Shown: positions 1-10,441 of the stretch, in pieces
Layout: each line of letters starts with the position of its first letter
Position numbering within the stretch: the stretch's first letter is position 1
Assembly: GCA_964007735.1 (NCBI GenBank)
Contig: CAXGAI010000033.1
Span: forward strand, 1-50,704
Direction of reading: 5' to 3'
From: an uncultured Rhodopirellula sp.
GTDB lineage: Bacteria > Planctomycetota > Planctomycetia > Pirellulales > Pirellulaceae
Length of the DNA: 50,704 nucleotides
Translations under genes and position numbers: made by a program
Notes under the pieces: model-generated
The model's database searches: none
Seen by the model: only the letters and a program-made list of their open reading frames with translations
What the model was told of the DNA's origin: nothing

Positions 1-780
1 TTCCAGAACCCGATCTTTTCCTCCCTGTCGAAGCAAAGGCTGAATGATATTCACATCGAGTAACGTATTTGTTCCGAAGGAATCTGAACCACTTAATTGC
101 CACATCAGACTGTTGGCAAAATTGACTAGTGCAGTTGCACCAGAGGCATATCTTTGCCGCATTCTGATGCCGCGAGTTTGCAGACTTAAATCTGTTGCCG
201 GACTTCCCGTCAAAGCCGATCCTCGGGATCTATAGTCGCCGCCGTAGCCACCATAGAATTGGGTATCAAAGTCAAATCGCTCCGCGCTAACATCAAGGGC
301 AGAGAGATACATTTGCTCCAGCTGACCCTGATAGCTTGGAGAGTGTAATAACGCCAATTCAAAAGCTTTCTTGCTATCTAGATATAATTTTCCATCTTCT
401 GCGAGGGGCAGATGTTTGCGCCATTCAGAATTTTCAAATGATTCCAGATCGCCATTTTTCCCCCAATCATCGTAGCCTTTCATTCCATCAACTTCTTCCA
501 TGAAGACCGCAGAAGCCGGGTCGTCGGGTGGCATCGGAGGATTGTCCGGATCATAGTTCATGTACATCCGGCTTTTTGGATCAATATTGATTGAGAAATT
601 GCTCATATTCCAGCGTTCGTCACTCCCTTTTTCTTTGAGAATAAAGAGAGCCTCATGGTCAGCTTGTTTTCGATAGAACGAACGGCTACAACCCGTTAAA
701 TTTACGAGTAACAGCGTCAGAACAGCAGAGCATAGAGTCAATGACTTCGGAATTGATTGATATCTGGAGTAAGAATTCAC
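1..780 (-). CDS. Planctomycete outer-membrane efflux (TolC-like) lipoprotein, N-terminal part; runs off the left edge
   Basis: Not in the ORF track. I read it manually from GTG at 780 (RBS-like GCAGGA upstream), open to position 1: MNSYSRYQ...LLLVNLTGC (lipobox) SRSFYRKQAD...DPKSRMY..YDPDNPPMPPDDPAS...ELALLHSPSYQGQLEQMYLSALDVSAERF...IIQPLLRQGG. This resembles the planctomycete outer-membrane efflux family. Confidence 0.7.
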   Translation of the reverse strand, partial: MNSYSRYQSIPKSLTLCSAVLTLLLVNLTGCSRSFYRKQADHEALFILKEKGSDERWNMSNFSINIDPKSRMYMNYDPDNPPMPPDDPASAVFMEEVDGMKGYDDWGKNGDLESFENSEWRKHLPLAEDGKLYLDSKKAFELALLHSPSYQGQLEQMYLSALDVSAERFDFDTQFYGGYGGDYRSRGSALTGSPATDLSLQTRGIRMRQRYASGATALVNFANSLMWQLSGSDSFGTNTLLDVNIIQPLLRQGGKDRVLE

Positions 781-1376
781 TTGTCCTGCCTTTTGAGGAA
801 TTCAAATTTGTCTTGGGTGGTAGAGCAGTACCGCCTTAGCTCGTTAAAAGGTGGTTTTTGCCCAGGACGGAGAATCTTTGTTTGTTAAGACAGGTAAGCT
901 GAGCTGTTTGATCTGCCTAAGTAGACTCTACGGCCATGCGGTACCAATCGCCCGCAGTTAGCGAATACTTGAAAAATTCTCTTGGAATTGAAGTTCAATT
1001 CGTTGCATTGCGAAACTGAAAGACAGGATCAGAGCTATGAACAGTGAAAGATGCTTGAAAAACAGTGCAAAATGAAAAAACTTGCTTTTCCAAATCAATC
1101 GCCATAGGATCGAATAGTGGAGTTTTGAAGGCCCGAGATAGGGGTGTCAATTCAGTGATTGACTGAGGCGAGGTGTCGGCGGGCGAAAAATAGAGTTAAA
1201 AACTAGCGGATTTACTGAGAAGACCATCAAAAAGGTGGTAAATGCTCGACCCCTGAATTGTCGATAGTAGAGGATGAGTGCAGATGTTCGTTGTATAACA
1301 ACAGCATCACGATTCCCCGCTTCTATATATAGAAGCGGGATAAGTCTCCGAAAGAGAGTCCAGGACAGGATAAACC

Positions 1377-3122
1377 ATGTCAACAGTAGAGATGATATTC
1401 ATCGGATACGGTTTAGTATTCACTATAATGCTATTCCTTTCGATCAAGCAATGGCGCTGGTTCCATATCTTGATGGCCAACCTGCTTTTGATCTCTACGT
1501 TGCTTTTAACCCAGATAACCTCCTATGTATTCGAGTTCAGAAGCTCTGAGGCCAAGCGATACGAGGAACTAGTAGTCAAGCGAGACGGCCTGCAGGCTGA
1601 GGTAACAAACATATTACACTCGCTGGATGATACGAGTGCACGCACTGGCGAAGAGTCTTTAATTTCCTTGCGTAATCAGCTTGAACGCGCATTAGAAGGG
1701 CGGGGTAAAGTCTGGGAAGGTTTGGCGTTAGGTGACGTCCAGGGAGTACCCACAATTGTTGGGACAACGGCAACGCTTACGCTTCCAGATGACAAACATG
1801 GTATTCAGGCCGGTTCGCGAATGTTCCTATTTGGCGAACGAGAGGTAGTGACTCAGGATGCTCCAGTGGCACCTCAGAATGACCCTAATGCTGAGCCACC
1901 GGGTGCCCCCGGCGGTCCTCCGGCAGTTGCCCCTGCTGAGCAAACAACAATAAAAGTCCCAGCGATCTACTTCGGTGAATACGATGTCGAAACCGTTAAT
2001 GGTGCAGCGATTAGTTTGAAATGTGCTTTTGCACCACGTGTTTTCAACCCGGCTTTAATGGTCAATGGTGCGACCGTGGCAATGTATGAAACGATGCCGG
2101 CGGACTCACATTTTAAGTTTGCAACACGAGAGAATGACAAATACGAACAGCTTGCTCAGAGCGGGATGGATAATGCGGCACCGCTTTTTGGTCAGATGGA
2201 TGCGCAGCATATTAACGGTATTTTTGAAACAGCCGTCGTGCCGCTAATTCAAAATCAACATACGATTCCAAATGCGAATGAGATCCTTGCCAAGAATCAG
2301 ATTCGGCTTGGCGTGCTTGGCAACAAACTTGTTGAGCAATTTGTGGCCGATGGCGGTCCTTTAAACGGACGAGAAGTTGATCCAAAGAACATTTGGTACA
2401 AAATTCAATTCACCCAGAACACAACCTTGTCGCAAAAGGTTAATGGAGATGACGCTCAGGCAGCGTTAACAGAAGCGGGAGTGTTTCAGTCAGGTGAGGC
2501 AATTGTACCAATGTTTTATCATAGCACTCCCAGTACGGTGGATTTTAACGATGGCGTGACGACGATTACTTCCGGTAGAAAAACAGACTCGATTGTCTTT
2601 GAGGAAGAGGATATCGCCTATATCCCAGCGGCAGAAAAGATTGTTCAGGAAAACCGCATTGTTCCCGTAGAAGTATTGGTATCAGGGGCTGAAGGTGTGG
2701 ATCCGGTCGCTCGCAAGATCCTCGAGTATTTTGTTCGCCCTCTTCATGATTACAACCACATCTTTCACAGTTACGAAGCCCGGTTGCAAACCCTTGCTTA
2801 TAGTGACGATAATGCTCGCCATGATATTGTGGCTACGACGGCAGCTCGTAATGATGCTAGCGTACAAATCGAATATCGTAAGCAGGAAAAGAAAGAGCTG
2901 GAGCTTGATTTGGAACTGCATCGACGCGATGAGTATGAAGCCGAACTCTATTCGGCAGCCCTGCTGGCGGAAGTTGAAAAGATGACGGCCTCATTAGCAG
3001 AGCTATTTGAACGTAATCAGACATTGGCTCAGACATTGGCGGAACGTCAGGCTCAGCTTGAGGAAGCTATTAATGCGCGGACGCAGGATGCTGAAAACGC
3101 AACCGGTAATTCAGAAGAATAA
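1377..3122 (+). CDS. Hypothetical membrane-anchored protein with Pro-rich linker and C-terminal coiled coil
   Basis: 581 aa ORF with RBS-like CAGGA, two N-terminal hydrophobic helices, a Pro-rich segment (PNAEPPGAPGGPPAVAP) and a heptad-rich C-terminus. Confidence 0.8.
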   Translation: MSTVEMIFIGYGLVFTIMLFLSIKQWRWFHILMANLLLISTLLLTQITSYVFEFRSSEAKRYEELVVKRDGLQAEVTNILHSLDDTSARTGEESLISLRNQLERALEGRGKVWEGLALGDVQGVPTIVGTTATLTLPDDKHGIQAGSRMFLFGEREVVTQDAPVAPQNDPNAEPPGAPGGPPAVAPAEQTTIKVPAIYFGEYDVETVNGAAISLKCAFAPRVFNPALMVNGATVAMYETMPADSHFKFATRENDKYEQLAQSGMDNAAPLFGQMDAQHINGIFETAVVPLIQNQHTIPNANEILAKNQIRLGVLGNKLVEQFVADGGPLNGREVDPKNIWYKIQFTQNTTLSQKVNGDDAQAALTEAGVFQSGEAIVPMFYHSTPSTVDFNDGVTTITSGRKTDSIVFEEEDIAYIPAAEKIVQENRIVPVEVLVSGAEGVDPVARKILEYFVRPLHDYNHIFHSYEARLQTLAYSDDNARHDIVATTAARNDASVQIEYRKQEKKELELDLELHRRDEYEAELYSAALLAEVEKMTASLAELFERNQTLAQTLAERQAQLEEAINARTQDAENATGNSEE

Positions 3123-3171
3123 GATTGTCTTCAGGTCGCCCTTTACCCGCTCTTGGGTAAAATAGATTGTT

Positions 3172-4095
3172 ATGGGAATTTACGATCGCGACTATTATCA
3201 GCAAGAAGAGATGCCTCAACGCGCACGAGCAGCGCGCCAGTTGCGTAATACCTCCGTAACTAACAAGCTATTGATCGCCAACATCGTCGTTCATCTTGTT
3301 TGCTGGATTCTTTCGGATGTATGGACGAAGCAGGTGGTGTACGATGCTTTGGCGATCGGGAATAACTTTTTCGAACGTCCATGGGAAATATGGCGCCCGA
3401 TTTCGTATGGCTTTATGCATGCTCCCTTTTGGGAGGGCAGTTGGCACATCATCATGAATGGATTCGGTCTTTGGATGTTTGGTCGATTCATTGAGCAGCG
3501 ATATGGAAGCAATGAATTCCTGCGATTTTATTTGCTAGCGATTATTGTCAGCGGGTTTGTTTTTGTCGTCACCACTCTTGGTGACGCACCAGTTCAGGCA
3601 GTGGGAGCATCCGGGGCAGTTGTTGCGATCGTAATTCTATTTTGTTTTCTTTACCCCCACGAAAAACTACTTATTTACGGTATTTTTCCAGTGCCAGCCT
3701 GGGTGGTGGGAATCTTATATGTAGGATTTGATATATATACGGCAATCAACCAGGCTAATGGCGTGGATTCTCATATAGCCTGGCAGGCTCATCTGGGTGG
3801 GGCCGCCTTTGCGGCTGCCTATTATCTGCTGAAGTGGGATTTTGCATTTCTTAGCAGATGGTTTTCAACTCGCAGGCCGAAGCTTACGGTCTATCGGCAA
3901 GATGTTAATAGTAGGGCTGTTAAGGATGAGGCAAGTGTTGAGAACCAATTGATCGTTCAGGGTGAAGAAATACTAAAACAGTTACACGAGAAGGGCGAGT
4001 CAAGTTTGAGTTCGCGTCAGCTTAAAACGCTCGAGCGTTATAGCGAATTGCTCCAACAACGCCGGGGGCGAGAAGATGATCAGTACCGATTCTAG
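3172..4095 (+). CDS. Rhomboid-family intramembrane serine protease
   Basis: WR motif (EIWRPISYGFMH), HIIMN, catalytic GASGA and AHLGG, multiple TM helices, and an MGIYDRDY N-terminus. Confidence 0.92.
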   Translation: MGIYDRDYYQQEEMPQRARAARQLRNTSVTNKLLIANIVVHLVCWILSDVWTKQVVYDALAIGNNFFERPWEIWRPISYGFMHAPFWEGSWHIIMNGFGLWMFGRFIEQRYGSNEFLRFYLLAIIVSGFVFVVTTLGDAPVQAVGASGAVVAIVILFCFLYPHEKLLIYGIFPVPAWVVGILYVGFDIYTAINQANGVDSHIAWQAHLGGAAFAAAYYLLKWDFAFLSRWFSTRRPKLTVYRQDVNSRAVKDEASVENQLIVQGEEILKQLHEKGESSLSSRQLKTLERYSELLQQRRGREDDQYRF

Positions 4096-5497
4096 TAGTT
4101 CGGTTATTTCTCGAAGGCAAATGCTTGCTTCTGTAGGTGGCGGCGCTGGAATGTTAGCATTGCAGGCCATGATGTCCGAAGAGAGAGCACAGGCCACTGA
4201 GCCAGATCTTTATGCTCCGCGCGAACCACACTATCCATCGCGAGCCTCCCGAGTGATTTGGCTGTTTATGCATGGCGGTCCCAGTCACGTCGATCTTTTC
4301 GATTTTAAGCCGGATTTGGTTAAATATGCCGGTAAGCCAGTTCCTGAATCATTTGGCAATGTTATGACCCGGCGTAACGTGGCAAAAAACCCTTTGTTAG
4401 GGCCGATTAAACCATTTCGCAAACGAGCTGAATCCGGGCTGGAGATTAGTGAGTTCCTGCCTCATATCGCTGAGCATGCTGATCGACTTTGTGTTATCCG
4501 ATCGATGCATGGAGATAGTGTGAATCACCCGCAATCGGTTTACCAGATGAATACCGGTAACATTTTGATGGGACATCCAAGTGTTGGCAGTTGGATCGCT
4601 TATGGGCTGGGAACATTAAACAGGGACATGCCGGCATTTGTGGTTTTGCCAGACCCGGGTGGCGGGCTTAAAGGTGGGCCTCCAGCCTGGGGAAGTGGTT
4701 ATTTACCTGCCAGTTATCAGGGGATGACGATGAGACCGGGGGAAGCTCCTATTCTAAATCTTGCTCCACAGCCTGGTATTTCACAGAAGCGTCAAGGCGA
4801 AGCATTTGCATTTTTGCAGGACATGAATGGTCGTTTTGTCGATCGCATTGGTGAAGATGATGAACTACAGGCCCGGATCGCAGCTTATGAGTTGGCATTT
4901 CGAATGCAGGCAGCCGCACCCGCATTAGTTGACATTTCACAGGAGACGGCAGCAACGCATCGGTTGTACGGGCTGGAAAACAAAGAGACGGCTGAGTTTG
5001 GGCGTCGTTGTTTGCTGGCCCGCCGGATGATTGAACAAGGCGTTCGATTTGTACAGGTTCATTCCGGAAACACGCTTGGATGGGATGCACATAAAGATGT
5101 ATTAAGTAATCACACGGAGTATTGCGGTAAGACGGACTTGCCAGTAGCAGGGTTGCTAACCGACTTAGCACAGCGAGGACTGCTTGATGACACCTTAGTC
5201 ATTTGGTGTGGTGAGTTTGGGCGTATGCCTATGAGCGAACAGGGTAAAGGGCGAGATCATAATCCCTGGGGATACTGTAGTTGGTTGGCCGGTGCAGGGA
5301 TTGAGGGTGGCCGTGCGATTGGAGCAACAGACCCGATTGGATTGCGAGCAGCAGAAGACAAGGTTCATGTGCGAGATTTTCACGCCACGTTACTGCATCT
5401 GATGGGTATTGACCACATGGAACTGTCGTACTTCCACAATGGACTCGAGGAGCGTTTAACCGGCCCACAGGAAGCGCATGTTGTGGAGGCGGTGTAA
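4076..5497 (+). CDS. DUF1501 family (sulfatase-like fold) protein with Tat-like signal
   Basis: SRRQML twin-arginine motif; VIWLFMHGGPSHVDLFD, WDAH, GEFGRMP and GRDHNP motifs. Confidence 0.92.
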   Translation: MISTDSSSSVISRRQMLASVGGGAGMLALQAMMSEERAQATEPDLYAPREPHYPSRASRVIWLFMHGGPSHVDLFDFKPDLVKYAGKPVPESFGNVMTRRNVAKNPLLGPIKPFRKRAESGLEISEFLPHIAEHADRLCVIRSMHGDSVNHPQSVYQMNTGNILMGHPSVGSWIAYGLGTLNRDMPAFVVLPDPGGGLKGGPPAWGSGYLPASYQGMTMRPGEAPILNLAPQPGISQKRQGEAFAFLQDMNGRFVDRIGEDDELQARIAAYELAFRMQAAAPALVDISQETAATHRLYGLENKETAEFGRRCLLARRMIEQGVRFVQVHSGNTLGWDAHKDVLSNHTEYCGKTDLPVAGLLTDLAQRGLLDDTLVIWCGEFGRMPMSEQGKGRDHNPWGYCSWLAGAGIEGGRAIGATDPIGLRAAEDKVHVRDFHATLLHLMGIDHMELSYFHNGLEERLTGPQEAHVVEAV

Positions 5498-7377
5498 TGC
5501 GGTTCTGGATATGTTTTCTACTACTCTTATGTGCTACGCCGGCAGATAGTCAGGACTATCTGGAATTACCGATTTTGGCAGAAGATCGGGAGCATTGGTC
5601 ATTCCTGCCCATCGTACGCCCAGATCTTCCGGACGTGCAGAACGATGCATGGTCGAACAATCCAATCGATATGTTTATTCTTGCAAAGTTGAGTAAAGCG
5701 CATTTAGGCCCCATGCCAGCAGCAAGTCACACCGCATTAGTCAGGCGACTTTATCTGGATTTAACAGGGCTTGCTCCTACATATGACGAGGTCATTGCGG
5801 ACAGGCATTACGAGCAGTTGGTGGATGAATTGCTAAATTCACCTCGCTTTGGTGAACGGCAGGCTCAGCACTGGTTAGATCTGGCTCGGTTCGCAGAGAC
5901 AGATGGGTTTGAACACGATCAGATACGAACGGAGGCGTGGCGATACAGGGACTGGGTGATTGATGCGTTCAATCGCAATATCCCCTATGACGAATTTATT
6001 CGCCATCAGCTAGCAGCTGATGAGCTTGATGAAGCAAAAGACAGCGTTGCTACGATGTTTTGTTTGTCAGGACCGGACATGCCGGATATCAATTCCCAGA
6101 ACGAGAGATCACACTCGCTTTTGAATGAGATGACGAGTACGGTGGGTGCAGTCTTTATGGGGTTGCAGGTTGGGTGTGCGCAGTGTCATGACCATAAGTT
6201 TGATCCGATTAGCCAGGCGGACTTCTACCGTCTGCGAGCCATGTTTCAGCCAGCCGTGCATGTCATTAAGAACAAGAGTGTTGGAGTTTTGCGAGAACAG
6301 GGGGAACCGCCCGAAGCTCGCCTGATGATTCGTGGTGATTTTGATAAGCCGGGAATGGAACTTGAACCGGGGGTGCTCCGAGTCGTTTCTGGCAAACAGC
6401 CGATGCTCATCGAGACAACGAAAGCTGGAACGACGGGTCGCCGCCTGGCTTTGGCTAATTGGCTTACCGCCAAAGATCATCCACTCACGGCCCGCGTCAT
6501 AGTGAATCGGATTTGGCAACAACATTTTGGTACCGGATTGGTTTCGACACATAGTGATTTCGGGATCATGGGGACATCGCCATCCCATCCGGCGTTACTC
6601 GATTGGCTCGCAGCAGAGTTGCAATTGCAAGATTGGGATTTGAAAGTCATCCATCGGTTGATTGTGACGAGTGCAACTTATATGCAGGCGAGTGCGGGCG
6701 GAGAGGTCTTTCATCAGAACAAGAAAGCGGATCCCGATAATATTTTGTTGAGTCGATTTCCTCGCCGGCGATTAGATGGAGAAGCAATTCGAGATTTAAT
6801 GCTGGTCGCTGCTGGATTTCGTCAGTATGAAATGGGGGGACCAGGAGTACGCCCTCCAATTCAGAAAGAAGTGTCTCAGACACTCTTGAAAAATCAATGG
6901 AATGTTTCACCCGACGAAGAGGACCATTATCGACGAAGTATTTATATTTTTGCTCGGCGGAATTTGCGGTATCCAATGTTCGAAGCATTTGATCGTCCGG
7001 ATGCTAACGTGAGTTGTCCGAAACGACAGAGGTCGACGACGGCACCTCAGGCTTTGATTTTGTTTAATTCCAAATTGAGTATGGATTTGGCGCGCCGTAT
7101 GGCGAGCGACATTCTGAGGACTGTTCGAGAGGACGATGAATTTATACGCGAAGTATTACGGCGTTGTTGGAGTCGTGAACCAGAACCTGAAACAATAAAT
7201 GCCGCGCTCGCTTATTTTGTCCAAAGCCGTAAAGATGCGCAAATCACTCCCCTTGAGGCATTAAATCAGGTAACGCCCATCCCATTGCCCGCCGATCTTT
7301 CTGTTCGGGAGGCTGCGGCTTACTCTGAATTTTGCCTGATTGCTTTCAATACCCTCGAATTCATCGTCATGCAGTAA
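5497..7377 (+). CDS. DUF1549/DUF1553 (PSCyt2/PSD1) planctomycete cytochrome-like protein
   Basis: Signal peptide; HWSF, NPIDMFIL, WLDLARFAETDG, CAQCHDHKFDP (CxxCH), PLTARVIVNRIWQQHFG, PSHPALLDWLA, PQAL. Start overlaps the previous stop (TAATG). Confidence 0.92.
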   Translation: MRFWICFLLLLCATPADSQDYLELPILAEDREHWSFLPIVRPDLPDVQNDAWSNNPIDMFILAKLSKAHLGPMPAASHTALVRRLYLDLTGLAPTYDEVIADRHYEQLVDELLNSPRFGERQAQHWLDLARFAETDGFEHDQIRTEAWRYRDWVIDAFNRNIPYDEFIRHQLAADELDEAKDSVATMFCLSGPDMPDINSQNERSHSLLNEMTSTVGAVFMGLQVGCAQCHDHKFDPISQADFYRLRAMFQPAVHVIKNKSVGVLREQGEPPEARLMIRGDFDKPGMELEPGVLRVVSGKQPMLIETTKAGTTGRRLALANWLTAKDHPLTARVIVNRIWQQHFGTGLVSTHSDFGIMGTSPSHPALLDWLAAELQLQDWDLKVIHRLIVTSATYMQASAGGEVFHQNKKADPDNILLSRFPRRRLDGEAIRDLMLVAAGFRQYEMGGPGVRPPIQKEVSQTLLKNQWNVSPDEEDHYRRSIYIFARRNLRYPMFEAFDRPDANVSCPKRQRSTTAPQALILFNSKLSMDLARRMASDILRTVREDDEFIREVLRRCWSREPEPETINAALAYFVQSRKDAQITPLEALNQVTPIPLPADLSVREAAAYSEFCLIAFNTLEFIVMQ

Positions 7378-7504
7378 AATCACTGTAAAGACTCGTGCTG
7401 CAGCGGATGTTCTTGCAGGCCTTGATGGTTTTAGCATCGGCGTGGCCCCAGAATCTTTTGTGAAACGTGATGAGGTGTGTTGGAAAGTCTTTTATAATCG
7501 AAAT

Positions 7505-10435
7505 ATGTTATTTGACTTTTATAATTGGCAACAAATCGTTTTGCGTATAATCTTGTTCACATTGCTTTTCACCAGCATTGCGAATACTTCTAATGCGCAA
7601 GAACCCTCTCTCGGCTTGAAGGCGTCACAAATTCTTAAGGCCAAGTGCGTGAAGTGTCACAGCAGTCAAAATCGTAAGGCCGATCTCGATTTGTCATCAG
7701 TTGACGCCATTTTAAAGGGCGGTGAATCCGGAGCAGTCATTGCTGTAAATTATGAGGACAGCCTTTTATGGGAGATGATCTCTAACGAGGTAATGCCTCC
7801 GGAAGATGAGCCCCAGCTTTCGGAGCAGGAACTCGAAATTCTAAAGAAGTGGCTTGAGGCATCAAAGTTTAAACCGATGTCGAAAGAGGGTACGTCGCAG
7901 TGGGAAGTATTGCCAGTGCTGCAACTGCGATGTGTGGTTTGTCATGGAAAACAGGTTGCTGAAGCGGGTCTCGATTTAAGGACACGGGAATCCATTCTTA
8001 AAGGGGGAAGCTCTGGCCCGGCCATTATCCCAGGTAATCCAACAGAGAGTTTGCTCTTAAAGAGAATCCATGCCGGCGAGATGCCTCCAAAACGACGGAT
8101 TGTTGAGGCAAGTATCAAGGTCATCACATCGACAGAAATAAAGAAGCTTGAAAATTGGATTGCTCAAGGTGCCCCGAATGATATGCCGGCGATAGATTCA
8201 CCTCGTGTCGGTTCGGATCCGTTGGTATCAGAAGACGATCGTGAGTTTTGGGCATTTAAGGTTCCGGTGAAATCCGCTTTACCGGAGCCTAATAAAGTGG
8301 GATGGAGCCAAAACAGCATTGATTCTTTTGTGTTATACGGCATCGAACAAGCTGGTTTGATGCCCTCACCATCGGCAAATAAAGAGACGTTGATTCGACG
8401 AGTGTATTTTGATCTTTTGGGTATTCCACCGACGATGGAGCAATTACAGCGATTTCTTGACGATGATTCACCGGCGGCTTATGAGCAATTGGTTGAACGT
8501 GTGCTGGCATCTCCCTATTACGGTGAGAGATGGGGAGGTTTATGGTTGGATTTGGCAGGTTATTCTGACAGCGAAGGTATTTCGGAAAGTGATCCGGTGC
8601 GACCATCGAACTATTTGTACCGTGACTATGTCATTCGAAGCTTTAACGCAGACAAACCCTATTCGAAGTTCCTCCAAGAACAATTAGCTGGTGATGACCT
8701 GGCCGATTATACGGATCCCAATCATGTGACTCAGCAGATGGAAGACAATTTGATTGCGACGGGGTTTTTGAGACAGCCTCCCGATGGAAGCTTTGCAAAT
8801 ATCACAGGTTTTGTACCGGATCGTAATCGATACATTGGGGCGGCGATTGAAGTTTATAGTTCAGCCGTTCTTGGACTTACTCTTAAGTGTGCCAAATGTC
8901 ATAGCCACAAGTTTGACCCTATTCCGCAGCGGGATTATTACCGACTTTTAGCGATTTTCAAAGGTGCGCTTGACGAAAACGCATGGATGAGCCCCTTAAA
9001 AGCTCAGGGGGTTTCGGCACTTAAGCCGATGCGATTGCTGAGTGTTACAGAAACGGCAAAACGCAAGGCAATCGAAGCTAATAATCACCGGGTTGAAGCG
9101 GAATTAGTAGAAATACGCAAAGAGCTTTCGACGGTCGAAGTTGCTGCGATTAGCAGGCTTCAGGATGCCGCGATAAATGCCTTGCCGGAGCAAATTCGGA
9201 TGGATGTTAGATCCGCGTTAAATGAAGCTGAACAAAATCGCTCCAAAGTGCAGCAGTATTTAGTAGAGAAGTTTGAAAAGGAAATACGGTTCAATATTGA
9301 AAAAGCTCAGGAAGCCGATGCCGCATTTAAAGCAAAGCGAGAGCAGATTATCGCGAGGATTGCAGCAAAAACGAAGGAAAAACAGGAGGTCACTCCCATT
9401 CGAGCTCTATGGGATCGCGGTGATCCTTCTCCTACATATATTCTGACACGTGGTGATTACCTCAATCCATCACGGATGGTTAGTCCGGGCGTTCCTTCCG
9501 TTTTGATGGGCGCGCAACAAGAATTCACCGTGCGAAAGCCATTTGAAAATTCACCCAGTACGGGTCGGCGGCTTGCATTGGCAGAGTGGACTATTGATAA
9601 GTCTAACCCGCTTACGGCCCGAGTGATGGTAAACCGTATTTGGAAGCATCACTTTCAGCATGGAATGGTAAAGACGCTTGATAATTTTGGCCTGGCTGGC
9701 GCAAAACCTTCTCACCCGGAATTGCTTGATTGGCTGGCAGTTGAATTTATGGATAGCGGCTGGAGTATGAAGCACATGCATCGATTAATTATGACCAGTT
9801 CAACTTATCAGCAATCTTCATCGGTATCTGAACAGCACGAATTGCGAGATCCAGAGAACAGATGGCTAAGTCGTATGCCCATGCGCCGAATGGATGCTGA
9901 AATGTTGAGAGATTCCCTCATAACACTGGCCGGAGTCCGCTGGGACAAACAGTTTGGCCCGGGAGATCTCGCCGTATCCAGAGAAGACGGTCTGATTACC
10001 ACCTTGCCGGTTAAAAATGATGTCTGGCGGCGTAGTGTTTATGTATTACATCGACGAACCCTAATGCCTACGTTGTTGACCTCGTTTGATAGGCCTCGTA
10101 TGAGTCCGAATTGTATTGAGCGAACGGAATCTACCGTAGCACCGCAGGCGTTGCATTTGCTGAACAATAAACAGGTGAATTTATGGGCAGGGCAGTTTGC
10201 CAGGCAAATTATTCAGGAGGCTGGAAACGCTCGAGAGGAGCAAATTCGTCTATCTTACCTGAAAGCTTTGAGTCGGCAGCCTGATGACCAGGAGCTTCAA
10301 TTAACACTTGAATACATGGAAAAAATATCGGACGCGGCTGAACAGGAAATGCCACCCGAGGAGCTTGATCTTCAGGTGCTGAGTAATGTCTGCCATGCTT
10401 TAATTAATTCAGCGGCTTTTATTTATATTGATTAG
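7505..10435 (+). CDS. PSCyt1 x2 + DUF1549 + DUF1553 multihaem cytochrome c-type protein
   Basis: Three CxxCH motifs (CVKCH, CVVCH, CAKCH), two MPP...LxxW PSCyt1 units, PSHPELLDWLA. Start uncertain: ATG 7505 or a nearby TTG is more plausible than 7340. Confidence 0.9.
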   Translation: MLFDFYNWQQIVLRIILFTLLFTSIANTSNAQEPSLGLKASQILKAKCVKCHSSQNRKADLDLSSVDAILKGGESGAVIAVNYEDSLLWEMISNEVMPPEDEPQLSEQELEILKKWLEASKFKPMSKEGTSQWEVLPVLQLRCVVCHGKQVAEAGLDLRTRESILKGGSSGPAIIPGNPTESLLLKRIHAGEMPPKRRIVEASIKVITSTEIKKLENWIAQGAPNDMPAIDSPRVGSDPLVSEDDREFWAFKVPVKSALPEPNKVGWSQNSIDSFVLYGIEQAGLMPSPSANKETLIRRVYFDLLGIPPTMEQLQRFLDDDSPAAYEQLVERVLASPYYGERWGGLWLDLAGYSDSEGISESDPVRPSNYLYRDYVIRSFNADKPYSKFLQEQLAGDDLADYTDPNHVTQQMEDNLIATGFLRQPPDGSFANITGFVPDRNRYIGAAIEVYSSAVLGLTLKCAKCHSHKFDPIPQRDYYRLLAIFKGALDENAWMSPLKAQGVSALKPMRLLSVTETAKRKAIEANNHRVEAELVEIRKELSTVEVAAISRLQDAAINALPEQIRMDVRSALNEAEQNRSKVQQYLVEKFEKEIRFNIEKAQEADAAFKAKREQIIARIAAKTKEKQEVTPIRALWDRGDPSPTYILTRGDYLNPSRMVSPGVPSVLMGAQQEFTVRKPFENSPSTGRRLALAEWTIDKSNPLTARVMVNRIWKHHFQHGMVKTLDNFGLAGAKPSHPELLDWLAVEFMDSGWSMKHMHRLIMTSSTYQQSSSVSEQHELRDPENRWLSRMPMRRMDAEMLRDSLITLAGVRWDKQFGPGDLAVSREDGLITTLPVKNDVWRRSVYVLHRRTLMPTLLTSFDRPRMSPNCIERTESTVAPQALHLLNNKQVNLWAGQFARQIIQEAGNAREEQIRLSYLKALSRQPDDQELQLTLEYMEKISDAAEQEMPPEELDLQVLSNVCHALINSAAFIYID

Positions 10436-10441
10436 AGGATC

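Noticed and set aside
7340..7504. Extended N-termini in the ORF track (also 16107, 17806, 19693, 23024, 35012, 44646)
   Set aside because: They overlap neighbours or precede the signal peptide or conserved start; downstream starts fit better.
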